From Candidatus Eiseniibacteriota bacterium (GTDB taxonomy: Bacteria; Eisenbacteria; RBG-16-71-46; CAVPCR01), in contig CAWGMA010000001.1 of NCBI GenBank assembly GCA_963823555.1, positions 1,536,001 through 1,600,000 on the forward strand: a DNA stretch of 64,000 nucleotides, written 5' to 3'. Position numbers and translations under genes: made by a program. Under the pieces are notes generated by a model, which worked only from the letters and a program-made list of their open reading frames with translations, did no database searches and was not told the DNA's origin. Of this stretch, positions 20,764-31,816 are shown in pieces. Each line of letters opens with the position of its first letter. Within the stretch, counting starts at the first letter, position 1.

Positions 20764-21351
20764 TCATTCGCCCTCGTCCATCGCCCAGGTGGTGGCCAGC
20801 AGATGGCTCACGGCCGCCAGCAAGTCGGCGTGCACTCGCGCCGGATCGATGTCCGGGATGACATCCTGCGATCGGCGGTCCGCGACGAGAGCCGACTCCC
20901 CTTGCCCCGTTCGAACGAGCAGGCCTCCTCCGAGAAGGGTCTCACCAAGCGTCACGTCCTCCCGCTTGTCGCCAACGGCAAAGGACCGGCTGAGATCCAG
21001 TCCGTGGTCCTGAGCGGCTGCGCGGACAAGGGCGCCGCGGGGCTTGCGACAATCGCAACCCTGATCCGGTCGATGCGGACAGACGTAGATCGCATCGAGC
21101 CGTGCTCCCTCCGCGGCCAGGAGCTCCGCCAGTCTCCGGTGTTGAAGATCGAGGTCGTGCGCCGTGAACAACCCGCGTCCGATACCCGACTGATTGGTGA
21201 GGAGAATCGCCAGGATGCCACGGGCATTGAGCAGACGGATCGCCACGGCGGCCCCCGGCAACAGGGCGATCTGATCCGCGGATCGCGCGTAGCCACGGTC
21301 CTCGATCAATGTGCCATCGCGATCGATGAAGCAGGCCCGGCGCCCCATCAT
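20764..21351 (-). CDS. gmhB: D-glycero-D-manno-heptose 1,7-bisphosphate phosphatase (HAD IIIA)
   Basis: FIDRDGTL, TNQSGIGRG, CPH..CDCRKP, VGDK. Confidence 0.9.
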   Translation of the reverse strand: MMGRRACFIDRDGTLIEDRGYARSADQIALLPGAAVAIRLLNARGILAILLTNQSGIGRGLFTAHDLDLQHRRLAELLAAEGARLDAIYVCPHRPDQGCDCRKPRGALVRAAAQDHGLDLSRSFAVGDKREDVTLGETLLGGGLLVRTGQGESALVADRRSQDVIPDIDPARVHADLLAAVSHLLATTWAMDEGE

Positions 21352-22415
21352 GATTGCTCCTCTGGCTTGCCACCGGAGGGTCGAGACACGCCCAGCTCCA
21401 GGTCGGCTGCGGCCATCACGGCCTCGACCGAGATCCGCTCGAGGCAGACGAAATCGATCCCGCAGCGACGGCTATAGCATGGGGCACACGGTGGACGTTC
21501 CGCGGCGATCACCACTCGTCCACCGCGCGGGCCCGTCCAGTCGGGCTCGGTGGACCCGAAGATACCGATGGTAGGCGTACCGACCGCTCGGGCCAGGTGC
21601 ATGGGCCCCGAGTCGTTGCTGACCACGACCCTGGCGCCGGCAAGCACGGCCGCCAGCGCCGCCACATCCGTGCGGCCGGCGCAGTCGACGACACGGGCGG
21701 CTGCGCGCGGCGCACCGATCGCCTCATTCACCGCCGCTGTCACCAACCTATCGCCGGGACCTCCGACCAGCACCACGTCGAGACCGTGACGCTCCGCCAG
21801 AGCGGCTCCGACCTGGGCGAACCGCGCCGCCGGCCAGCGCTTGGTGGGGCCGAAGGTGGCTCCAGGCGCCAGTACGGCATACGGCCGCTCGCTGATGAGC
21901 GCGCGCGCGCGGCGCCGGGCCTCTTCGCTCACGTGCACTTCGGGCTCCGCGGCAGGCACGCCAAGATCGAGCAGCGCGACAACACTACGGTACTCCTCCA
22001 GGAGGTGTGCCCCACCCCGCGCTCCGCGGCGCGCTCGCCGCGTGAAGCACCAGCGGCGCGCTGGTCCATCGAAGCCGACTCGTTCCGGTGCTGCCACCAG
22101 GCGAGCGAAGAACGCCGCGGACGGTGTCGACGGCAGTACCACATGCCGCGCGTAGCCGGCTCGGCGCAGCGACCTGGTGATGGAGAGAAAGGAGCCAGGA
22201 TGCCCGTGCTCGCCGTGGCGCTCGTAACGAATCGCGCGACGCACGACCGGGTGCCCTTGAGTCACGGCCAGCGCCGTCGGATTGCCGCAGACATCCACGA
22301 TCGGGGGCGACTGCAGGCGCCCGATTCCGGCCAGAAGCCCTGTGGCCAGCACGGCATCGCCCAGCCAGTTCGGAAGCGAGATCAGAATCGCTCCGCTGCT
22401 TCCATGCTCGTTCAC
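21348..22415 (-). CDS. waaF: LPS heptosyltransferase II (GT9); start uncertain
   Basis: PNWLGDAV, PGATFGPTKRWP, NDSGPMHLA. Confidence 0.88.
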   Translation of the reverse strand: MNEHGSSGAILISLPNWLGDAVLATGLLAGIGRLQSPPIVDVCGNPTALAVTQGHPVVRRAIRYERHGEHGHPGSFLSITRSLRRAGYARHVVLPSTPSAAFFARLVAAPERVGFDGPARRWCFTRRARRGARGGAHLLEEYRSVVALLDLGVPAAEPEVHVSEEARRRARALISERPYAVLAPGATFGPTKRWPAARFAQVGAALAERHGLDVVLVGGPGDRLVTAAVNEAIGAPRAAARVVDCAGRTDVAALAAVLAGARVVVSNDSGPMHLARAVGTPTIGIFGSTEPDWTGPRGGRVVIAAERPPCAPCYSRRCGIDFVCLERISVEAVMAAADLELGVSRPSGGKPEEQS

Positions 22416-22477
22416 TCGGTGTCCGATCCTCGGCGCGCCGCGCTCTGTGCGCGCATCGTCCAGCACATCGACAGCGA

Positions 22478-24991
22478 TCAGTGCGGCAGCGCCGAGGCAT
22501 CGCCCTGCGAGAGTTGGGCAAGCGCGTCGCTCGCCCTGGTGTCGCTCGGATGCGATTGCAGCCAGTCGGCGAGCAGCTGCCGGGCTTCGGCGGGGCGCCC
22601 GGCATCCCACTCGACGCGGGCCAGCCACAGGGTCGGCTCGATGAACTGCCCGCCCGCGAGCTCGATCGCTCGAGACAAGGTGTCGCGAGCCTCATCCATC
22701 CGCCCCTGGCGGAAGAGGGCAACGCCCAACCGATACTCGGCATCCAGGCTGGCGGGGTCCCGCGACAGCGCGAAGCGGAAGAGCGATTCCGCCTCCACCG
22801 AGTGGCCGAGGTCACACAGCAAGGCCCCGCGCATGGTGGCGATATCGGGGCGGCCGGGAGCTATCGCGTCACAGCGGATGAACATCTGCAACGCTTCGTC
22901 GTAGCGACCGCGGGTCTGCAGCTCATAGCCCAGCTCCGCGAAGTGCACCACGTAGTTGTGAATCAAGTACGACCCGGTGTCATCGATGTGAACGCTCTGA
23001 TCCCGCGTGTCGTCCGCCTTGAGAACCCCGCGATACAGGTAATTCTCGAAGGCGTTGGCGTACGCCGTGTCGAAGTCGAGCGCTCGTGTTGCCGGCTCGG
23101 GCAGCAACTTGAAGACCATTCCCTGGAAGACCAGCTGTCGATCGAACCCGACGCGGTCGGGAACGGTGACCGCGAAATAGACCGGACGCCGGTAGTCGTT
23201 CGTCGCGATGATATGCCGAACAGCGGCATCCTTGACCGTCCCCGGCTCATAACTGCCATCCGGATGCAGGACCACCAGTCCCAACCGCTCGTGCACAGCC
23301 ACCCGCATGCTATCGATGTCGGCATCGCTCCACGTGATCGGGACCCGGGGCTCGAGGTCGCGTAGCTGCTTGATGTACCAGCCAGTATTGAGCAGGCTCA
23401 GGCATGCCACCCGGACATCCTTGCGAAGCCCTTCGACCTCCTGCAGATACCACAATGGAAACGTGTCATTGTCACCGTTGGTGAAGATGATGGCATTGGG
23501 CTCGAGGAAATTGAGGATGTTGTAGGCATAGTCCCGGGCCACGAAGTTCCCGCGCCGGTCGTGGCTGGCGAATCCGGTGCGCAAGGGCAGGAGCCCGAGG
23601 ACGATACCCAGGACGGCCGCCACCGGGACCAGGCGCCGGGCCCGTTGACCGCGCGCCAGCTCCGCGATGAGCGCCGAGATCCCGATGCCGATCCACATGG
23701 CGAAGATCTGGAACGAAGGGGCGAAGAAGTAGTCGCGCTCGCGCACCTCCCCGATCTCCCACCGCCCGGTGGCCTGGTTGAAGGTGCCGCTCAGATTGAG
23801 GTAGAGGATGAGGAGCAGGCTCATCACCAGGAAGTGGGTGAGCATCATGACACCGTCGCGCGGGCGGCGCATGAAAAGAGCGATGGCGCCGAGAACGCCG
23901 AGCGCGAGGGGCACCACGACGCCGAGGAGTCCGTTCTGATAGCTCAGTACGAACTGCTCTCGCAGGTAGTAGAGATACAGGCGATCGATCTGGAAGAAGA
24001 ACGGCGCCCGGCGCTCGAGGATGTTGGTGGGCGGATACTGCTTCCGCGTCAAGACGTCCCATAGCGCCTGCCAGTTCTTCGGCGCCGCTTCGTTGATGCT
24101 CGGATCGAGCTGGGAGCGGATGAGGAGATAGAGATGGACGCTCAGTCCGAGGAAGAAGAGCACGATGAGCGCCGTAACGAAACCACGGCGTTGCGTGACA
24201 CCGAGCATGGCCGCGGCCACGACCGCCGCGAGGATCCAGAAGCTCTGCCCCCCCTCCATTCTCCAGTGCAGAACGACGAGCACCGCCGGGAGCACGACGC
24301 ACCACAGGACGAGGTCACGCGTGGTCAGGATCGCATGACGACGTTCGAGCGCCACCAGGACGATCAGCCCGGGCAGGATGAGGTAGGTTCCGAGATGGAT
24401 GCCGATGGTGAGACTCAAGAGGTAGAACACGAGGAGCAGGGCCTTGCCGTCACCGCCGGGCTCGCCGCGCTCGGCGGCATCGCGCCACACGAGGGTGGCC
24501 CACAGCGCGATCGCCATCACCATGTTGGAGAGCGAGTAGACCTCGGCTTCGATCGAGTTGACCCAGCAGGTGTTGGCGAAGGCGGTGAAGAGTCCCGCTG
24601 CGATCGCTCCCACCAGGGTCGCGATGCCTCCGCTCGGCTCGCGCAGGTTCATCGAGCGAAGGAGGCGAGCCGTGGCGAGGATGGTGAAGAAGACCGCTGC
24701 CGCTCCGGCCACCGCCGACAGCCCATTCACCCGCTCGGCCACCGTGCCGAACGGCAACAGGGTGGCGACGCGACCGAGGAGGATATAGAGGGGCGTCCCC
24801 GGCGGATGCGGAATGCCGAGGATCCAGCTTGTGGCAATGAACTCGCCCGCATCCCAGAACGGCGTCGTCTCCCCCATTCCGATGAAGTAGACGATGAGCG
24901 CCAGCAAGCTCACGGCCACGGCCATGGGCGCCACGAGGCGCGAGGCGATGTCGCTCTCGATCTTCGTCTCCTCGAGACTACTTGCGGTCAT
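22478..24991 (-). CDS. DUF2723/TMEM260-like GT-C membrane glycosyltransferase with C-terminal TPRs
   Basis: WDAGEF...LGIPHPPGTPLY, EAEVYSL, RERDYFF, NGDNDTFPLWYLQEVEG; many TMs. Confidence 0.88.
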   Translation of the reverse strand: MTASSLEETKIESDIASRLVAPMAVAVSLLALIVYFIGMGETTPFWDAGEFIATSWILGIPHPPGTPLYILLGRVATLLPFGTVAERVNGLSAVAGAAAVFFTILATARLLRSMNLREPSGGIATLVGAIAAGLFTAFANTCWVNSIEAEVYSLSNMVMAIALWATLVWRDAAERGEPGGDGKALLLVFYLLSLTIGIHLGTYLILPGLIVLVALERRHAILTTRDLVLWCVVLPAVLVVLHWRMEGGQSFWILAAVVAAAMLGVTQRRGFVTALIVLFFLGLSVHLYLLIRSQLDPSINEAAPKNWQALWDVLTRKQYPPTNILERRAPFFFQIDRLYLYYLREQFVLSYQNGLLGVVVPLALGVLGAIALFMRRPRDGVMMLTHFLVMSLLLILYLNLSGTFNQATGRWEIGEVRERDYFFAPSFQIFAMWIGIGISALIAELARGQRARRLVPVAAVLGIVLGLLPLRTGFASHDRRGNFVARDYAYNILNFLEPNAIIFTNGDNDTFPLWYLQEVEGLRKDVRVACLSLLNTGWYIKQLRDLEPRVPITWSDADIDSMRVAVHERLGLVVLHPDGSYEPGTVKDAAVRHIIATNDYRRPVYFAVTVPDRVGFDRQLVFQGMVFKLLPEPATRALDFDTAYANAFENYLYRGVLKADDTRDQSVHIDDTGSYLIHNYVVHFAELGYELQTRGRYDEALQMFIRCDAIAPGRPDIATMRGALLCDLGHSVEAESLFRFALSRDPASLDAEYRLGVALFRQGRMDEARDTLSRAIELAGGQFIEPTLWLARVEWDAGRPAEARQLLADWLQSHPSDTRASDALAQLSQGDASALPH

Positions 24992-26075
24992 CCTGAAGAC
25001 TCCCCGTCCGTGCCCGGTCTTCCGACCCGGCACTGGCCGCCTCCGATTCGACCTCCGGACCCCGATCCGCGCCCGGCGCGCGCGCGCGGCGACCACGCCC
25101 TCCCGCCCTGGCGAGGAGGATGGCCGCCCCCGGTGAGCTCACGGCGACCGCGACCAAGTAGGCCAGAAGCTGCATGGCCGAGGCCGCCGCGGCCCCGACC
25201 CCGAGCAACCCGAAGAGCACCGCCCCCATGCTCTCCCGGACTCCGATCCCCCCGATCGAGACCGGCACCGCCACGGCCACTGCCAGCAACGGCACAAACA
25301 GGAAGAAATACCGGACCCCCAACTCGATGTCCAGCGCCCGCGCGACCTGCGTATGCGCCAGGATCCGTATCGCCTGAACCGCGACCGCCACCAGAAAGAG
25401 GAGGCCCCGCCCGCGCGCCATCCGCAGACGGGTCAGGGCCGCCTCCACACGATCGATCCGCCCCCCGATCCGCACCGGGAGCGGCCGGGCGACCGTCCTC
25501 AGCACGAGACGACTCGCCGGACTCATAACGATCGCAAGGCCGCCGATGCTGAGCCCGGCGTTGACGGCAGCTGCCATGAGGACATACCGCCCCGTAGAGC
25601 TCGTTGCGAGCTCCTGGGCGCCGAACAGCGAGATCAAGCCGATCACTCCCAGCACGCCGAGCCCGAGCAGGCGGTCGACCAGGGTCGCCGCCGCCGCGGC
25701 ACTTCCCTGTCCCCCTTCCCGGGCCGTACCGAGCACCCGCGCCAGATCTCCCCCCGCCCCGGTTGGCAGGACCAGGTTGCCGAACGCCCCGGCAAAGTAG
25801 TAGGTCACGACCCGCCCCCAGGCGAGGTCCACTCCCGCCGTCCGGAGCAATCGCCCCCATTGCCAGCTACCGAGAAGATGCGACACCGCGAGCAGGCTCG
25901 CCGCGGCCAGGAGCCGCGACGGCGAGGCGCCACCCATCGTGGCCAGCAACGATTCGACGCCGATTCGCCGCAGGAGCCAGGCCATGAGGCCCAGCGAGAC
26001 CGCCACCTTGACGGCCAAGAGGAGGGCAGGACGCAGCTTCCCGCGGTGTGGCTCCGCCATCTGGGGAACGGTCAT
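24978..26075 (-). CDS. Lysylphosphatidylglycerol-synthase TM domain / flippase-like protein
   Basis: LPTGAGGDLAR, DRLLG, PVSIGGIGVRE motifs. Confidence 0.85.
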   Translation of the reverse strand: MTVPQMAEPHRGKLRPALLLAVKVAVSLGLMAWLLRRIGVESLLATMGGASPSRLLAAASLLAVSHLLGSWQWGRLLRTAGVDLAWGRVVTYYFAGAFGNLVLPTGAGGDLARVLGTAREGGQGSAAAAATLVDRLLGLGVLGVIGLISLFGAQELATSSTGRYVLMAAAVNAGLSIGGLAIVMSPASRLVLRTVARPLPVRIGGRIDRVEAALTRLRMARGRGLLFLVAVAVQAIRILAHTQVARALDIELGVRYFFLFVPLLAVAVAVPVSIGGIGVRESMGAVLFGLLGVGAAAASAMQLLAYLVAVAVSSPGAAILLARAGGRGRRARAPGADRGPEVESEAASAGSEDRARTGSLQDDRK

Positions 26076-27199
26076 GACCCACTTCCTCCCGCGCTCCGGT
26101 CAGACGTGGCCACGCTCTCGGCCAGGGCCAGCGCTTCAGCGGCCGCCCGCTCCCAGGTGAACCCGAGGGCGAACTCCCGTCCTCCGCGACCGAGGCGGTC
26201 TCGCAGCGCGGAGTCGCCAAGGATGCGCACCAGGGCCGCCGCGAGGGCACCCGGATCCCCGTACGGCACGAGGAGGCCCGTCACTCCATCGATCACCGAG
26301 TCCATCAGGCCAGGCACGCGAGTCGCCACCGTCGGCGTACCACAGGCATTCCCCTCCAGCATGGTGAGGCCCCAGCCCTCCTTCACCGAGGCGCTGGCGA
26401 CCACCCAGGCGCGGCGCAGGAGATCCACCACCTCGGCCTGGGAGCACCGGCCGAGAAAACGGACCCCGGTCACGCGGCGAGCGCGATTCCTGAGCGCCTG
26501 CTCGTAGGGACCGCTGCCCACGATCCATAGCTCGGCTCCCGGCACCTCCCTGCGAACGCCGGGAAGCGCCGCCACCAGGCTCTGGATCCCCTTGTACTGG
26601 CGAATCCGACCCAAGTGCAGGATCGCCGGAGTGTCGCTCCGTGGAGTCTCCGGGTCCGGGTAGTACGTCCCATGATCCACACCCACCGGCACCACGTGCA
26701 CCCGTCCCGCGGCCAGACCGCGCGAAATGAGATCGGTTCGCGTCGATTCCGAGATGACGAGGAAGTCGGTCTGACGATAGGTGCGCGGGATCAACAGCTC
26801 GTGCAGGTAGACATAAGCAGCGAGCGGAAAGGACGCTTCCGCAAACACAGCGGTGCCGAAGAGATGAGGGACGATCGCGAGGACCGGCTCGCGCACGAAT
26901 GCGGGCGTGAAGAAGGGAACCTTGTTGATGTCCTCGATGACCAGATCGAATGACCGACCGCGGAACTCCCGCTCGTAAGCGCGGCGGAGAGCCCAATTGG
27001 CATCGAACCAGCTTCCGCGCCGGATGACCTCGACCCCATCGATCGAATCATGGCGCGCGCCGCCCTTGAAGCCGCTGGCGAGAAGCGTCACCTCGTGCCC
27101 GCGTTCGACGAAGCGGCGCAGGATCTCGTGCAGGTGCACCTCGGCTCCGCCAGCCTCGGGGTGGTGCGGGTCCCGCCAGTTGAAAGCGAGAAACCTCAC
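26072..27199 (-). CDS. Glycosyltransferase family 4
   Basis: NWRD..HPEAGGAE; KEGWGLTMLEGNACGTP. Confidence 0.92.
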   Translation of the reverse strand: MRFLAFNWRDPHHPEAGGAEVHLHEILRRFVERGHEVTLLASGFKGGARHDSIDGVEVIRRGSWFDANWALRRAYEREFRGRSFDLVIEDINKVPFFTPAFVREPVLAIVPHLFGTAVFAEASFPLAAYVYLHELLIPRTYRQTDFLVISESTRTDLISRGLAAGRVHVVPVGVDHGTYYPDPETPRSDTPAILHLGRIRQYKGIQSLVAALPGVRREVPGAELWIVGSGPYEQALRNRARRVTGVRFLGRCSQAEVVDLLRRAWVVASASVKEGWGLTMLEGNACGTPTVATRVPGLMDSVIDGVTGLLVPYGDPGALAAALVRILGDSALRDRLGRGGREFALGFTWERAAAEALALAESVATSDRSAGGSGS

Positions 27200-27206
27200 G
27201 GCTCGC

Positions 27207-27995
27207 TCACCGCTTCTCTCCGATCGTCCCGATCACGAGGAAGGTGTAGAAGGCGAGCCGGCGCGGGCGGAACCAGCGCCGGAAGGCCGCGCTCGCCGAT
27301 CCGATTCCTGCGAGCTCAGGCGGATACAACGGCAAGGAGATGCCGATCTTGCGGAGCGCGTAACGGACGGACCGGTAACCGAGCCCTGGGACCATCCAGT
27401 CGCCGTAACGATGAAGGATGCGAAATCCATGATGCTCGACCAGCCCCTCGAGCTCGCCAATCGAGTACTCGGTCTCCCACCCGGCGAACCAGCGATTCAG
27501 TGCGATCAGCACGTGCTTCATCGCCGTGTAGAGATGAAAGCGCTGCGGAACATCGACCAGGACGTGACCCGCATCCACCAGAACCCGTCGGTTCTCGTGG
27601 AGAAGCGGCGACGGATCGCGGAAATGCTCCATCAGTCCCTGATGGAAGACCACGTCGAAGGCACGATCCCGGAAAGGCATCTGCGTGCAGTCGGCACAAA
27701 CCAGATCGACCGCGGTCCCGCTGCGCCGCGCCAGCCGCTGCACGATGCGCAACGCCTCCAGAGTGTAGTCGAGAACGAACGGCCGCGCGCCATGAGCCGC
27801 CAGCTCGAGCGAATCGCGACCCGAACCGGCCCCGACCTCCAGCACCTTCGCCCCCGCCAGCTGCCGCACCTTCACGAGCTCCGCCGCGATCCGGCCCTCG
27901 TTCGAGTAGACCTGATCGATATCCCGGTTCTCGTCCCAGAAGGCGGACCAATGCGCTTTGGTCGATTCGCGTTTCAGCATCGTCTGCGCTGGCAC
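27207..27995 (-). CDS. Class I SAM-dependent methyltransferase
   Basis: VLEVGAGSG, MPFRDRAFDVV. Confidence 0.9.
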   Translation of the reverse strand: MPAQTMLKRESTKAHWSAFWDENRDIDQVYSNEGRIAAELVKVRQLAGAKVLEVGAGSGRDSLELAAHGARPFVLDYTLEALRIVQRLARRSGTAVDLVCADCTQMPFRDRAFDVVFHQGLMEHFRDPSPLLHENRRVLVDAGHVLVDVPQRFHLYTAMKHVLIALNRWFAGWETEYSIGELEGLVEHHGFRILHRYGDWMVPGLGYRSVRYALRKIGISLPLYPPELAGIGSASAAFRRWFRPRRLAFYTFLVIGTIGEKR

Positions 27996-28001
27996 AAGCC
28001 G

Positions 28002-28727
28002 CTATACGCCCCACACCAGTCGCTCGGCGGCGCTCTGGGGCAACGCCACTTCCAGGATGCGACTGCGGACCTGCTCGACATCATAGAAGATGCGTCGGAT
28101 CTCGACGCGCCCGCTCTCAACGTCGAACAGGGCAAAAGCAGCACGCGGATCCCCGTCGCGGGGCTGCCCGACCGACCCGACATTGACCAGGAGCCGCTCA
28201 CCGGCGCCGAGAACGGCCACGGGTGGCGCCTTCTGCAGATGCGCTCCGCCATTCTCGAGGAAGAACCCGGGGAAGTGGGAGTGGCCGACGAAGCAGATGC
28301 GCTCGGTGAAGGCGTTGAACTCGCGGATCGCCTCCCGCAAGTTGAAGACGTAGAGCCAGTCCTCGGGGGCCGAGGGGCTCGAGTGGACGAAGCGGATATC
28401 GCCGATCGCGAGAGTGTACGGCAGCCCCTTCAGATACTCCGCGTTGTCCGGGCGGAGGACATCTCGCGTCCACAGGACGGCGGCTCGCGCATCAGGATTG
28501 AAGTAGTCGGTCTCCGTGGTGCCGATCGCGGCACAGTCATGATTGCCGATGACGACATGATCCGCCCGTGCGCGCACCAGATCGACGACTTCATTGGGAT
28601 TCGCTCCGTACCCGACGAGATCGCCCAGACATGCGATGGCATCGACCTTCTCGGCATCGATCACCTGCAGGCAGGCTTCCAGAGCCTCCAGGTTGGAATG
28701 GATATCCGAGATGATCGCGTATCTCAT
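28002..28727 (-). CDS. Metallophosphoesterase family protein
   Basis: SDIHSN, LGDLVGYG, GNHD, GHSH, NVGSVGQPRD. Confidence 0.92.
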   Translation of the reverse strand: MRYAIISDIHSNLEALEACLQVIDAEKVDAIACLGDLVGYGANPNEVVDLVRARADHVVIGNHDCAAIGTTETDYFNPDARAAVLWTRDVLRPDNAEYLKGLPYTLAIGDIRFVHSSPSAPEDWLYVFNLREAIREFNAFTERICFVGHSHFPGFFLENGGAHLQKAPPVAVLGAGERLLVNVGSVGQPRDGDPRAAFALFDVESGRVEIRRIFYDVEQVRSRILEVALPQSAAERLVWGV

Positions 28728-29174
28728 TCTTCTCCCGTGTCGCCTTCCAGAGCCGCATCCGCTGTGCTTTCGTTCATCCGCCGCCGCACCGCATCGACGA
28801 CGCCGTTGACGAAGTGCCCGGACTCCTCGCCACCGTAACGCTTGGCGATTTCGATCGCCTCGTTGATCGTCACCGGCTCAGGAATGCCCGGCGTGAAGAA
28901 CAGCTCGACCACGGCCAGGCGGATCACGGCGCGGTCAGTCGACTTCATGCGCTCGAGATCCCAATGCGGACTCGATCTCTCGTATGGCGCGATCCACAGC
29001 AGCCCGATGACGATCGAAGGATTCTACAATAAGCGTGGCGAACTCCACCACCTCGGCCGGCCGGCGCTCCCCGGAGGCGATCTCGCTCAGCCGGCTCACC
29101 GCCAGCTCCCCCAGTAGGTCGCTCTGGTAGAGCGCAAGGAATGCGAGCTCACGCGCCCGCCGCCGGCGTCCCAA
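28724..29174 (-). CDS. nusB: Transcription antitermination factor NusB, one frameshift near 28975 (probable sequence error)
   Basis: TTG start MGRRRRARELAFLALYQ; shifts frame to HWDLERMKSTDRAVIRLA...INEAIEIAKRYG..FVNGVVD. Confidence 0.85.
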
Positions 29175-29178
29175 GAGA

Positions 29179-29700
29179 TCAGTCTCGGGTGCGGCGACGT
29201 GCCCGCCGCTTGGCGCTCGGAGCCGGCTTAGCGGCCCCGGCCAGAAGGTTCGCCATCTCGAGTGCGGACAGCGCCGCTTCGAAGCCACGGTTGCCCGACT
29301 TGGCTCCGGCGCGTTCGATGGCCTGTTCCAGGCTATCTGCCGTCGACACGCCGAAGATGACGGGCACGCCGGAGGCGGTGGCCGCATCGGCGACACCGCG
29401 AGCCACGGCCGAGGCCACCTGCTCGAAGTGGGAGGTCCCCCCGCGGATCACCGCGCCGAGGGTGATCACGGCGGCGAAATGTCCGCTCGCGGCCAGCTTG
29501 CCGGCGACCAGCGGAATCTCGAAGGACCCCGGAACCCAGTAGACGTCGATCTGATCCGAATCGACACCGTGCCGCTCCAGGCAATCGACGGCCCCGGCCA
29601 GCAGGCGGTCGGTGACTACTTCATTGGTCCGGCTGACGACCACGGCAAAATCCAGGCCGTTCCCGGCAAGTGCTCCCCGGTGTTCACGAGCCACTCCCAC
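29179..29700 (-). CDS. ribH: 6,7-dimethyl-8-ribityllumazine synthase
   Basis: [27 protein letters not shown]. Confidence 0.95.
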   Translation of the reverse strand: MGVAREHRGALAGNGLDFAVVVSRTNEVVTDRLLAGAVDCLERHGVDSDQIDVYWVPGSFEIPLVAGKLAASGHFAAVITLGAVIRGGTSHFEQVASAVARGVADAATASGVPVIFGVSTADSLEQAIERAGAKSGNRGFEAALSALEMANLLAGAAKPAPSAKRRARRRTRD

Positions 29701-31062
29701 TCCTCCTTCTTACCCGAGCCGGCGGGGATACCGCGGTGGCGTCGAGCAGATGACCCAGCTTGTGCCGCTTCGTCGCCAGGTAGTCCATGTTCACTGCATT
29801 CGGTGCAATGACGATCGGCACGCGTTCGGCGATCGAGAGCCCGAAGGCCTCGAGCCCGACGACCTTCTTGGGATTGTTGGTCAGTAGCCGGATCCGGCGC
29901 ACACCGAGATCGACCAGGATCTGAGCGCCGATGCCGTAGTCTCGGAGATCCGGCTTGAAGCCGAGCTTCATGATTGGCCTCGACCGTGTCCAGACCCTCA
30001 TCCTGAAGACTGTAGGCCTTGATCTTGTTGGCCAGACCGATGCCGCGCCCTTCCTGCCGCATGTACAGGAACACTCCACGTCCGGCTTCCTGGATCATCT
30101 CGAGCGCTCGGTCCATCTGTTCACCGCAATCGCAGCGCATCGAACCGAAGACGTCGCCGGTCAGGCACTGCGAGTGCACGCGGACCAGGACCGCTTCCGG
30201 GCCCGTGACGTCGCCGCAGACAAGCGCCACGTGATGATCGCCGTCCAGAAGACTTTCGTAGAGGAAGAGCTCGAACTCCCCGTGGCGCGTCGGCATGACG
30301 GTTTCCACGATGCGCCGCACCAGGACTTCGGTCCGCCGGCGATAGGCGATGAGATCGCGGATGGTGATGATCTTGAGCCCGAAGTCACGAGCCAACCGCA
30401 TGAGACGTGGCACCCGCGCCATCTGTCCGTCGTCGTCCATGATCTCGCAGAGCACACCTGCCGGGTAGAGCCCGGCCAGCCGTGCCAGGTCGACCGCCGC
30501 TTCCGTGTGACCGGCCCGGCGCAGCACCCCGCCGTTCTCCGCCCGCAGGGGAAAGACGTGACCCGGGCGCGCGAAATCCTGAGCCCGCACGGTCTCCTCG
30601 GTGAGCGCACGAACGGTTCGGGCGCGATCCTCGGCTGAGATCCCGGTCGACATGCCATGCAGGAAATCGACCGACACCGAAAAGGCCGTCTGCATCGGCG
30701 CCGTGTTGTCCGCCACCATCGGACGCAAGTTCGAGCTCGTCCAGCCGCTCGCCCGTGGCGGGCGCGCAGATCAGTCCGCGGCCATGCGTGGCCAGGAAGT
30801 TGATCGCTTCCGCCGTCGCCTTCTCCGCTGCCAGGATGAGATCTCCCTCGTTCTCCCGGTCTTCGTCATCGACCACGATGACGACCCGACCCTGCTGGAT
30901 GTCCGTGATCGCGGCCTCGATCGGGTCGAACACGGTGGCCTCGGGGGAAGGAGTCGGGTGGCCCGTGGCCACGGCTTTCCTCGGACGACCGGACCCGCGC
31001 CCGGTCGCGGTCCGGGCACGGGGTTCCCGGGCTCTCGTCTTCTCGTTGTTCTCTCTGGTCAT
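29684..31062 (-). CDS. ribBA: Bifunctional DHBP synthase/GTP cyclohydrolase II, two frameshifts near 30730 and 29970 (probable sequence errors)
   Basis: [63 protein letters not shown] spread over three frames. Confidence 0.9.
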
Positions 31063-31126
31063 CTCTACCGCCGCCGAACCGGGGATTTCGCTGAGCCGCG
31101 TCCCGCCCCGCACATGGCCCCCATGG

Positions 31127-31810
31127 CTAACTTGAGCGCTCGCGCCAGGCTCCCTGGCCCGACTTGAGGAAAGTGGCGAGGTCGACTCCCGACTTCCGAG
31201 CGTCGCGTCCGGATTCCCCATCGAGCCCGATCAAATGCTCGAGGTACTTGGCCAGAATGTCGATTTCGATGTTCACCTCATCTCCTGGGTGCAGATCCCC
31301 CAGGGTCGTGACGGCGAGCGTATGGGGGATCAAGTACACCGCGAAGGCATCTCGCCTCGCATCGCCCACGGTGAGGCTCACTCCGGCAATCGCAATGGAT
31401 CCCTTGCTCACAACGTAGCGGCCCAGGTCCCGGTCAAGGAGCTCGAAGCTCAGTCGTTCCGAAGCACCTTCAAGCGTGCGCGCATCGAAGCGGGCGCGGC
31501 CGTCGACATGGCCCTGCACCCAGTGTCCTTCCAGGCGGCCGCCCACGGCCAGCGGCCGTTCCAGATTGACCCTGCTGCCGGGCCGCAGCCGACCGAGCGT
31601 GGACCGCCGGAGCGTCTCGGCGATGGCCTGACACGTAGCGCGCCCCGGGCCGAGGGCGACGACCGTGAGACAGACACCGTCGACAGCGAGGGATCCACCC
31701 ACGACCAGATGCTCGATGGCCCGGGGCAGGGCAAACGTGAGGCGGACGCCTTCCGCCTCGGGTTCCGCCGCCACGACTTCCCCGATGCCTTCGATGATAC
31801 CGGTGAACAC
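31127..31810 (-). CDS. ribE: Riboflavin synthase
   Basis: MFTGII N-terminus, [21 protein letters not shown]. Confidence 0.95.
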   Translation of the reverse strand: MFTGIIEGIGEVVAAEPEAEGVRLTFALPRAIEHLVVGGSLAVDGVCLTVVALGPGRATCQAIAETLRRSTLGRLRPGSRVNLERPLAVGGRLEGHWVQGHVDGRARFDARTLEGASERLSFELLDRDLGRYVVSKGSIAIAGVSLTVGDARRDAFAVYLIPHTLAVTTLGDLHPGDEVNIEIDILAKYLEHLIGLDGESGRDARKSGVDLATFLKSGQGAWRERSS

Positions 31811-31816
31811 CTGATC

